A stretch of DNA of 64,000 nt from Nemertoderma westbladi (lineage: Eukaryota > Animalia > Xenacoelomorpha). Positions 52,080 to 64,000 of this stretch are shown here, in pieces. How positions within the stretch are numbered: position 1 is the stretch's first letter; every line of letters starts with the position of its first letter. The stretch is taken from assembly GCA_032718475.1 (NCBI GenBank), contig JAUCBJ010003088.1:1-64000 (forward strand), given 5' to 3'. A program made the translations under genes and the position numbers. The notes under the pieces were generated by a model. That model did not search any database. It had not been told where the DNA came from and worked only from the letters and a program-made list of their open reading frames with translations.

Positions 52080-55000
52080 TATAAGGAGTCCTTCATACAG
52101 AAGATAGAACCAGTACTATATGGAGTCCATCATACAGCAGTTAGAACCAGTACCATATGGAGTCCATCATACAGCAGTTAGAACCAGTACTATATGGAGT
52201 CCATCATACAGCAGTTAGAACCAGTACTATATGGAGTCCATCAATCAGCAGTTAGAACCAGTACTATATGGAGTCCATCATACAGCAGTTAGAACCAGTA
52301 CTATATGGAGTCCATCATACAGCAGTTAGATCCAGTACTATATGGAGTCCTTCATACAGAAGATAGAACCAGTACCATATGGAGTCCATCATACAGCAGT
52401 TAGAACCAGTACTATATGGAGTCCATCACACAGCAGTTAGAACCAGTACTATATGGAGTCCATCATACAGCAGTTAGAACCAGTACTATATGGAGTCCTT
52501 CATATAGAAGATAGAACCAGTACTATATGGAGTCCATCATACAGCAGTTAGAACCAGTACTATATGGAGTCCTTCATACAGAAGATAGAACTAGTACTAT
52601 ATGGAGTCCTTCATACAGAAGATAGAACCAGTACCATATGGAGTCCATCATACAGCAGTTAGAACCAGTACTATATGGAGTCCATCACACAGCAGTTAGA
52701 ACCAGTACTATATGGAGTCCATCATACAGCAGTTAGAACCAGTACTATATGGAGTCCTTCATATAGAAGATAGAACCAGTACTATATGGAGTCCATCATA
52801 CAGCAGTTAGAACCAGTACTATATGGAGTCCATCATACAGCAGTTAGAACCAGTACTATATGGAGTCCATCATACAGCAGTTAGATCCAGTACTATATGG
52901 AGTCCTTCATACAGAAGATAGAACCAGTACCATATGGAGTCCATCATACAGCAGTTAGAACCAGTACTATATGGAGTCCATCACACAGCAGTTAGAACCA
53001 GTACTATATGGAGTCCATCATACAGCAGTTAGAACCAGTACTCCTATATGGAGTCCATCATACAGCAGTTAGAACCAGTACTATATGGAGTCCATCATAC
53101 AGCAGTTAGAACCAATACTCATATATGGAGTCCATCATACAACAGTTAGAACCAGTACTATATGGAGTCCATCATACAGCAGTTAGAACCAGTACCATAT
53201 GGAGTCCATCATACAGCAGTTAGAACCAGTACTATATGGAGTCCATCATACAGCAGTTAGAACCAGTACTCCTATATGGAGTCCATCATACAGCAGTTAG
53301 AACCAGTACTCCTATATGGAGTCCATCATACAGCAGTTAGAACCAGTACTCCTATATGGAGTCCATCATACAGCAGTTAGAATCAGTACTCCTATATGGA
53401 GTCCATCATACAGCAGTTAGAACCAGTACTCCTATATGGAGTCCATCATACAGCAGTTAGAACCAGTACTCCTATATGGAGTCCATCATACAGCAGTTAG
53501 AACCAGTACTCCTATATGGAGTCCATCATACAGCCTGGAGTCCATCAATCAGAAGTTAGAACCAGTACTCCTATATGGAGTCCATCAATCAGAATCAGAA
53601 GTTAGAACCAGTACTCCTATATGGAGTCCATCATACAGCAGTTAGAACCAGTACTCCTATATGGAGTCCATCAATCATAAGTTAGAACCAGTACTCCTAT
53701 ATGGAGTCCATCATACAGCAGTTAGAACCAGTACTCCTATATGGAGTCCTTCATACAGAAGATAGAACCAGTACTATAAGGAGTCCTTCATACAGAAGAT
53801 AGAACCAGTACTATATGGAGTCCATCATACAGCAGTTAGAACCAGTACCATATGGATTCCATCATACAGCAGTTAGAACCAGTACTATATGGAGTCCATC
53901 ATACAGCAGTTAGAACCAGTACTATATGGAGTCCATCAATCAGCAGTTAGAACCAGTACTATATGGAGTCCATCATACAGCAGTTAGAACCAGTACTCCT
54001 ATATGGAGTCCATCATACAGCAGTTAGAACCACTACTATATGGAGTCCATCATACAGCAGTTAGAACCAGTACTCCTATATGGAGTCCATCATACAGCAG
54101 TTAGAACCAGTACTATATGGAGTCCATCATACAGCAGTTAGAACCAGAACCATATGGAGTCCATCATACAGCAGTTAGAACCAGTACTATATAGAGTCCA
54201 TCATACAGCAGTTAGAACCAGTACTATATGGAGTCCATCATACAGCAGTTAGAACCAGTACTATATGGAGTCCATCATACAGCAGTAGAACCAGTACTAT
54301 ATGGAGTCCATCATACAGAAGATAGAACCAGTACTATATGGAGTCCTTCATACAGAAAATAGAACCAGTACTATATGGAGTCCTTCATACAGAAGTTAGA
54401 ACCAGTACTCCAATATGGAGTCCATCATACAGCAGTTAGAACCAGTACTATATGGAGTCCATCAATCAGCAGTTAGAATCAGTACTCCTATATGGAGTCC
54501 ATCATACAGCAGTTAGAACCAGTTCTATATGGAGTCCTCCATACAGAAGATAGAACCAGTACCATATGGAGTCCATCATACAGCAGTTAGAACCAGTACG
54601 ATAGAACCAGTACTATATGGAGTCCATCATACAGCAGTTAGAACCAGTACTATATGGAGTCCATCATACAGCAGTTAGAACCAGTACTATATGGAGTCCA
54701 TCATACAGCAGTTAGAACCAGTACTATATAGAGTCCTTCATATAGAAGATAGAACCAGTACTATATGGAGTCCGTCATACAGCAGTTAGAACCAGTACTA
54801 TATGGAGTCCATCATACAGCAGTTAGAACCAGTACTATATGGAGTCCTTCATACAGAAGATAGAACTAGTACTATATGGAGTCCATCATACAGCAGTAGA
54901 ACCAGTACTATATGGAGTCCTTCATATAGAAGATAGAACCAGTACTATATGGAGTCCATCATACAGCAGTTAGAACCAGTACTATATGGAGTCCATCATA

Positions 55001-58000
55001 CAGCAGTTAGAACCAGTACTCCAATATGGAGTCCATCATACAGCAGTTAGAACCAGTATTATATGGAGTCCTTCATATAGAAGATAGAACCAGTACTATA
55101 TGGAGTCCTTCATATAGAAGATAGAACCAGTACTATATGGAGTCCATCATACAGCAGTTAGAACCAGTACTATATGGAGTCCTTCATACAGAAGATAGAA
55201 CTAGTACTATATGGAGTCCTTCATACAGAAGATAGAACCAGTACCATATGGAGTCCATCATACAGCAGTTAGAACCAGTACTCCTATATGGAGTCCATCA
55301 TACAGCAGTTAGAACCAGTATTATATGGAGTCCTTCATATAGAAGATAGAACCAGTACTATATGGAGTCCATCATACAGCAGTTAGAACCAGTACTATAT
55401 GGAGTCCTTCATACAGAAGATAGAACTAGTACTATATGGAGTCCTTCATATAGAAGATAGAACCAGTACTATATGGAGTCCATCATACAGCAGTTAGAAC
55501 CAGTACTATATGGAGTCCTTCATACAGAAGATAGAACTAGTACTATATGGAGTCCTTCATACAGAAGATAGAACCAGTACTATATGGAGTCCATCATACA
55601 GCAGTTAGAACCAGTACTCCTATATGGAGTCCATCATACAGCAGTTAGAACCAGTACTCCTATATGGAGTCCATCATACAGCAGTTAGAACCAGTATTAT
55701 ATGGAGTCCTTCATATAGAAGATAGAACCAGTACTATATGGAGTCCATCATACAGCAGTTAGAACCAGTACTATATGGAGTCCTTCATACAGAAGATAGA
55801 ACTAGTACTATATGGAGTCCTTCATATAGAAGATAGAACCAGTACTATATGGAGTCCATCATACAGCAGTTAGAACCAGTACTATATGGAGTCCTTCATA
55901 CAGAAGATAGAACTAGTACTATATGGAGTCCTTCATACAGAAGATAGAACCAGTACTATATGGAGTCCATCATACAGCAGTTAGAACCAGTACTCCTATA
56001 TGGAGTCCATCATACAGCAGTTAGAACCAGTATTATATGGAGTCCTTCATATAGAAGATAGAACCAGTACTATATGGAGTCCATCATACAGCAGTTAGAA
56101 CCAGTACTCCTATATGGAGTCCATCATACAGCAGTTAGAACCAGTATTATATGGAGTCCTTCATATAGAAGATAGAACCAGTACTATATGGAGTCCTTCA
56201 TATAGAAGATAGAACCAGTACTATATGGAGTCCATCATACAGCAGTTAGAACCAGTACTATATGGAGTCCTTCATACAGAAGATAGAACTAGTACTATAT
56301 GGAGTCCTTCATACAGAAGATAGAACCAGTACCATATGGAGTCCATCATACAGCAGTTAGAACCAGTACTATATGGAGTCCATCACACAGCAGTTAGAAC
56401 CAGTACTATATGGAGTCCATCATACAGCAGTTAGAACCAGTACTATATGGAGTCCTTCATATAGAAGATAGAACCAGTACTATATGGAGTCCATCATACA
56501 GCAGTTAGAACCAGTACTATATGGAGTCCATCATACAGCAGTTAGAACCAGTACTATATGGAGTCCATCATACAGCAGTTAGATCCAGTACTATATGGAG
56601 TCCTTCATACAGAAGATAGAACCAGTACCATATGGAGTCCATCATACAGCAGTTAGAACCAGTACTATATGGAGTCCATCACACAGCAGTTAGAACCAGT
56701 ACTATATGGAGTCCATCATACAGCAGTTAGAACCAGTACTATATGGAGTCCATCATACAGCAGTTAGAACCAGTACTATATGGAGTCCTTCATACAGAAG
56801 ATAGAACCAGTACTATATGGAGTCCTTCATACAGAAGATAGAACCAGTACCATATGGAGTCCATCATACAGCAGTTAGAACCAGTACTATATGGAGTCCT
56901 TCATACAGCAGTTAGAACCAGTACTATATGGAGTCCTTCATATAGAAGATAGATCCAGTACCATATGGAGTCCATCATACAGCAGTTAGAACCAGTAATA
57001 TATGGAGTCCATCATACAGCAGTTAGAACCAGTACTATATGGAGTCCATCACACAGCAGTTAGAACCAGTACTATATGGAGTCCATAAATCAGCAGTTAG
57101 AACCAGTACTATATGGAGTCCATCATACAGCAGTTAGAACCAGTACTCCTATATGGAGTCCATCATACAGCAGTTAGAACCAGTACTATATGGAGTCCAT
57201 CATACAGCAGTTAGAACCAGTACTCATATATGGAGTCCATCATACAACAGTTAGAACCAGTACTATATGGAGTCCATCATACAGCAGTTAGAACCAGTAC
57301 CATATGGAGTCCATCATACAGCAGTTAGAACCAGTAATATATGGAGTCCATCATACAGCAGTTAGAACCAGTACTATATGGAGTCCATCACACAGCAGTT
57401 AGAACCAGTACTATATGGAGTCCATAAATCAGCAGTGAGAACCAGTACTATATGGAGTCCATCATACAACAGTTAGAACCAGTACTATATGGAGTCCATC
57501 ATACAGCAGTTAGAACCAGTACCATATGGAGTCCATCATACAGCAGTTAGAACCAGTACTCATATATGGAGTCCATCATACAGCAGTTAGAACCAGTACT
57601 CCTATATGGAGTCCATCATACATCAGTTAGAACCAGTACCATATGGAGTCCATCATACAGCAGTTAGAACCAGTACTATATGGAGTCCATCATATGGGTC
57701 CATCATACAGCAGTTAGAACCAGTACCATATGGAGTCCATCATACAGCAGTTAGAACCAGTACTATATGGAGTCCATCATACAGCAGTTAGAACCAGTAC
57801 TATATGGAGTCCATCATACAGCAGTTAGAACCAGTATTATATGGAGTCCATCATACAGCAGTTAGAACCAGTACTATATGGAGTCCTTCATACAGAAAAT
57901 AGAACCAGTACTATATGGAGTACCAGTACCATATGGAGTCCATCATACAGCAGTTAGAACCAGTACTATATGGTGTCCTTATGGAGTCCATCATACAGCA

Positions 58001-59520
58001 GTTAGAACCAGTACTATATGGAGTCCTTCATACAGAAGATAGAACCAGTACTATATGGAGTACCAGTACCATATGGAGTCCATCATACAGCAGTTAGAAC
58101 CAGTACTATATGGTGTCCTTATGGAGTCCATCATACAGCAGTTAGAACCAGTACTATATGGAGTCCATCATACAGCAGTTAGAACCAGTACTATATGGAG
58201 TCCATCATACAGCAGTTAGAACCAGTACTATATGGAGTCCATCATACAGCAGTTAGAACCAGTACTATATGGAGTCCATCATACAGCAGTTAGAACCAGT
58301 ACTATATGGAGTCCTTCATACAGAAGATAGAACCAGTACTATATGGAGTACCAGTACCATATGGAGTCCATCATACAGCAGTTAGAACCAGTACTATATG
58401 GTGTCCTTATGGAGTCCATCATACAGCAATTAGAACCAGTACTATATGGAGTCCTTCATACAGAAGATAGAACCAGTACTATATGGAGTCCTTCATACAG
58501 AAGATAGAACCAGTACTATATGGAGTCCTTCATACAGAAAATAGAACCAGTACTATATGGAGTACCAGTACCATATGGAGTCCATCATACAGCAGTTAGA
58601 ACCAGTACTATATGGTGTCCTTATGGAGTCCATCATACAGCAGTTAGAACCAGTACTATATGGAGTCCTTCATACAGAAGATAGAACCAGTACTATATGG
58701 AGTCCATCATACAGCAGTTAGAACCAGTACTATATGGAGTCCTTCATACAGAAAATAGAACCAGTACTATGGTGTCCTTATGGAGTCCATCATACAGCAG
58801 TTAGAACCAGTACTATATGGAGTCCTTCATACAGAAGTTAGAACCAGTACTATATGGTGTCCTTATGGAGTCCATCATACAGCAGTTAGAACCAGTACTA
58901 TATGGAGTCCTTCATACATAAGATAGAACCAGTACTATATGGAGTCCTTCATACAGAAGATAGAACCAGTACTATGGTGTCCTTATGGAGTCCATCATAC
59001 AGCAGTTAGAACCAGTACTATATGGAGTCCTTCATACAGAAGATAGAACCAGTACTATATGGAGTTCTTCATACAGAAGATAGAACCAGTACTATATGGA
59101 GTCCTTCATACAGAAGATAGAACCAGTACTATATGGAGTCCATCATACAGCAGTTAGAACCAGTACTATATGGAGTCCTTATGGAGTCCATCATACAGCA
59201 GTTAGAACCAGTACTATATGGAGTCCTTCATACAGAAGATAGAACCAGTACTATATGGAGTCCTTCATACAGAAGATAGAACCAGTACTATATGGAGTCC
59301 TTCATACAGAAGATAGAACCAGTACTATATGGAGTCCATCATACAGCAGTTAGAACCAGTACTATATGGAGTCCTTCATACAGAAGATAGAACCAGTACT
59401 ATATGGAGTCCATCATACAGCAGTTAGAACCAGTACTATATGGAGTCCATCATACAGAAGATAGAACCAGTACTATATGGAGTCCTTCATACAGAAGATA
59501 GAACCAGTACTATATGGAGT
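52080..59520 (+). repeat. 37-bp variant satellite domain
   Basis: Most monomers read AGTACTATATGG or AGTACCATATGG (3-bp deletion) and many carry CCTTCATACAGAAGATAG. Interrupted by a 40-bp block at ~53270-53745 and scattered single 40-mers. Confidence 0.95.
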
Positions 59521-62500
59521 CCTTCATACAGCAGTTAGAACCAGTACTCCTATATGGAGTCCATCATACAGCAGTTAGAACCAATACTCCTATATGGAGT
59601 CCATCAATCAGAAGTTAGAACCAGTACTCCTATATGGAGTCCATCAATCAGAAGTTAGAACCTGTACTCCTATATGGAGTCCATCATACAGCAGTTAGAA
59701 CCAGTACTCCTTCCTATATGGAGTCCACCATACAGCAGTTAGAACCAGTACTCCTATATGGAGCCCATCATACAGCAGTTAGAACCAGTACTCCTATATG
59801 GAGTCCATCATACAGCAGTTAGAACCAGTACTCCTGGAGTCCATCATACAGCAGTTAGAACCAGTACTCCTATATGGAGTCCATTAATCAGAAGTTAGAA
59901 CCAGTACTCCTATATGGAGTCAATCAATCAGAAGTAAGAACCAGTACTCCTATATGGAGTCCATCATTCAGAAGTAAGAACCAGTACTCCTTCCTATATG
60001 GAGTCCATCATATAGCAGTTAGAACCAGTACTCCTATATGGAGTCTATCAATCAGCAGTTAGAACCAGTACTCCTATATGGAGTCCATCATACAGCAGTT
60101 AGAACCAGTGCTCCTATATGGAGTCCATCATACAGCAGTTAGAACCAGTACTCCTATATGGAGTCCATCAATCAGAAGTAAGAACCAGTATTCCTATATG
60201 GAGTCTATCATACAGCAGTTAGAACCAGTGCTCCTATATGGAGTCCATCATACAGCAGTTAGAACCAGTACTCCTATATGGAGTCCATCATACAGCAGTT
60301 AGAACCAGTACTCCTATATGGAGTCCATCATACAGCAGTTAGAACCAGTACTCCTATATGGAGTCCATCAGACAGCAGTTAGAACCAGTACTCCTATATG
60401 GAGTCCATCATACAGCAGTTAGAACCAGTACTCCTATATGGAGTCCATCATACAGCAGTTAGAACCAGTACTCCTATATGGAGTCCATCAGACAGCAGTT
60501 AGAACCAGTACTCCTATATGGAGTCCATCATACAGCAGTTAGAACCAGTACTCCTATATGGAGTCCATCATACAGCAGTTAGAACCAGTACTCCTATATG
60601 GAGTCCATCATACAGCTGTTAGAACCAGTACTCCTATATGGAGACCATCATACAGCAGTTAGAACCAGTACTCCTATATGGAGCATCAATCAGAAGTTAG
60701 AACCAGTACTCCTATATGGAGTATCAATCAGAAGTTAGAACCAGTACTCCTATATGGAGTCCATCATACAGCAGTTAGAACAAGTACTCCTATATGGAGT
60801 CCATCATACAGCAGTTAGAACCAGTACTCCTTCCTATATGGAGTCAGTCCATCAATCATAAGTTAGAACCAGTACTCCTATATGGAGTCCATCATACAGC
60901 AGTTAGAACCAGTACTCCTTCCTATATGGATTCCATCATACAGCAGTTAGAACCAGTACTCCTATATGGAGTCCATCATACAGCAGTTAGAACCAGTACT
61001 CCTATATGGAGTCCATCAATCAGAAGTTAGAACCAGTACTCCTATATGGAATCAGTCCATCAATCATAAGTTAGAACCAGTACTCCTATATGGAGTCAAT
61101 CATACAGCAGTTAGAACCAGTACTCCTTCCTATATGGAGTCCATCATACAGCAGATAGAACCAGTACTCCTATATGGAGTCCATCATACAGCAGTCAGAA
61201 CCAGTACTTCTATATGGAGACCATCATACAGCAGTTAGAACCAGTACTCCTATATGGAGTCCATCAATCAGAAGTTAGAACCAGTACTCCTTTATGGAGG
61301 AGTCCATCAATCAGAAGTTAGAACCAGTACTCCTATATGGATTCCATCAATCAGAAGTTAGAACCAGTACTCCTATATGGAGTCCATCAATCAGAAGTTA
61401 GAACTAGTACTCCTTTATGGAGTCCATCAATTAGAAGTTAGAACCAGTACTCCTATATGGAGTCCATCATACAGCAGTTAGAATCAGTACTCCTATATGG
61501 AGTCCATCATACAAAAGTTAGAACCAGTACTCCTATATGGAGTCCATCATACAGCAGTTAGAACTCCTATATGGAGTCCATCATACAGCAGTTAGAATCA
61601 GTACTCCTATATGGAGTCTATCATACAGCAGTTAGAACCAGTACTCCTATATGGAGTCCATCATACAGCAGTTAGAACCAGTACTCCTATATGGAGTCCA
61701 TCATACAGCAGTTAGAATCAGTACTCCTATATGGAGTTCATCAATCAGCAGTTAGAACCAGTACTCCACCAATCAGAAGTTAGAACCAGTACTCCTTTAT
61801 GGAGTCTATCATACAGTAGTTAGAACCAGTACTCCTCAATCAGCAGTTAGAACCAGTACTCCTTTATGGAGTCCATCAATCAGAAGTTAGAACCAGTACT
61901 CCTATATGGAGTCCATCATGCAGCAGTTAGAACCAGTACTCCTATATGGAGTCCATCATACAGCAGTTAGAACCCGTACTCCTATATGGAGTCCATCATA
62001 CAGCAGTTAGAACCAGTACTCCTATATGGAGTCCATCATACAGAAGTTAGAACCAGTACTCCTATATGGAGTCCATCAATCATAAGTTAGAACCAGTACT
62101 CCTATATGGAGTCCATCAATCAGAATCAGAAGTTAGAACCAGTACTCCAATATGGAGTCCATCATACAGCAGTTAGAACCAGTACTCCTATATGGAGTCC
62201 ATCATACAGCAGTTAGAACCAGTACTCCTATATGGAGCATCAATCAGCAGATAGAACCAGGAACCAGTACTCCTATATGGATTCCATCATACAGCAGTTA
62301 GAACCAGTACTCCTATATGGAGTCCATCATACAGCAGTTAGAACCAGTACTCCTATATGGAGTCCATCATACAGCAGTTAGAACCAGTACTCCTATATGG
62401 AGTCCATCAATCAGAAGTTAGAACCAGTACTCCTATATGGAGTCCATCATACAGCAGTTAGAATCAGTACTCCTATATGGAGTCCATCATACAAAAGTTA

Positions 62501-64000
62501 GAACCAGTACTCCTATATGGAGTCCATCATACAGCAGTTAGAACTCCTATATGGAGTCCATCATACAGCAGTTAGAATCAGTACTCCTATATGGAGTCCA
62601 TCATACAGCAGTTAGAACCAGTACTCCTATATGGAGTCCATCATGCAGCAGTTAGAACCAGTACTCCTATATGGAGTCCATCATACAGCAGTTAGAACCA
62701 GTACTCCTATATGGAGTCCATCATACAGCAGTTAGAATCAGTACTCCTATATGGAGTTCATCAATCAGAAGTTAGAACCAGTACTCCTATATGGAGTCTA
62801 TCAATCAGAAGTTAGAACCAGTACTCCTTTATGAAGTCCATCATACAGTAATTAGAACCAGTACTCCTCAATCAGCAGTTAGAACCAGTACTCCTTTATG
62901 GAGTCCATCAATCAGAAGTTAGAACCAGTACTCCTATATGGAGTCCATCATACAGCAGTTAGAACTAGTACTCCTATATGGACTCCATTATACAGCAGTT
63001 AGAATCAGTACTCCTATATGGAGTTCATCAATCAGCAGTTAGAACCAGTACTCCTGTATGGAGTCTATCAATCAGAAGTTAGAACCAGTACTCCTTTATG
63101 GAGTCCATCATACAGTAATTAGAACCAGTACTCCTCAATCAGCAGTTAGAACCAGTACTCCTTTATGGAGTCCATCAATCAGAAGTTAGAACCAGTACTC
63201 CTATATGGAGTCCATCAATCAGAAGTTAGAACCAGTACTCCTATATGGAGTCCATCAATCAGAATCAGAAGTTAGAACCAGTACTCCTATATGGAGTCCA
63301 TCATACAGCAGTTAGAACAAGTACTCCTATATGGAGTCCATCATACAGCAGTTAGAACCAGTACTCCTATATGGAGTCCATCATACAGCAGTTAGAACCA
63401 GTACTCCTATATGGAGTCTATCAATCAGAAGTTAGAACCAGTACTCCTTTATGAAGTCCATCATACAGTAATTAGAACCAGTACTCCTCAATCAGCAGTT
63501 AGAACCAGTACTCCTTTATGGAGTCCATCAATCAGAAGTTAGAACCAGTACTCCTATATGGAGTCCATCATACAGCAGTTAGAACTAGTACTCCTATATG
63601 GACTCCATTATACAGCAGTTAGAATCAGTACTCCTATATGGAGTTCATCAATCAGCAGTTAGAACCAGTACTCCTGTATGGAGTCTATCAATCAGAAGTT
63701 AGAACCAGTACTCCTTTATGGAGTCCATCATACAGTAATTAGAACCAGTACTCCTCAATCAGCAGTTAGAACCAGTACTCCTTTATGGAGTCCATCAATC
63801 AGAAGTTAGAACCAGTACTCCTATATGGAGTCCATCAATCAGAAGTTAGAACCAGTACTCCTATATGGAGTCCATCAATCAGAATCAGAAGTTAGAACCA
63901 GTACTCCTATATGGAGTCCATCATACAGCAGTTAGAACAAGTACTCCTATATGGAGTCCATCATACAGCAGTTAGAACCAGTACTCCTATATGGAGTCCA

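Larger units (their letters stand above)
44301..64000 (+). repeat. 40-bp satellite array, right arm (more heterogeneous; runs off the window)
   Basis: Same monomer and orientation as the left arm. It carries additional private variants (ACTCCTTCCTATAT, GGAGTCAGTCC, GGAGACC, GAACTCCT) and the 37-bp domain. Confidence 0.99.

Noticed and set aside
12079-61238. Many short 'MESIIQQLEPVLLYG...' ORFs
   Set aside because: They are by-products of translating the satellite: each monomer has an ATG, and variants occasionally remove the TAG. They are not genes, although the peptide is a clue to the LINE homology.
9774-64000. CRISPR-like array (palindromic ~40-bp repeat)
   Set aside because: Monomers are contiguous with no unique spacers, there are no cas genes, and the context is eukaryotic retrotransposons.

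Overview
Eukaryotic (metazoan-type, AT-rich) repeat-rich DNA with no host protein-coding gene. Bases 1-6956 are an uninterrupted gag-pol ORF of a BEL/Pao LTR retrotransposon that begins upstream of the window. A ~2.8 kb non-coding 3' region follows, holding the probable 3' LTR, splice-like signals and a 31-bp minisatellite. From ~9774 to the window end lies a >52 kb tandem array of a 40-bp satellite (CAGCAGTTAGAACCAGTACTCCTATATGGAGTCCATCATA) with nested higher-order repeats (267 bp, ~2016 bp and others) and a 37-bp variant domain (~52080-59520). A 5'-truncated, inactivated RTE-clade LINE sits in the array at 42462-44300. Two observations stand out. (1) The satellite monomer matches a 36-nt stretch of the LINE's own coding sequence (AAVVPVLLYGSP, 32/37 aligned columns), suggesting the satellite arose from this LINE lineage and was later re-invaded by it. 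(2) The higher-order repeat phase reveals a hidden ~79-bp target-site duplication around the LINE.
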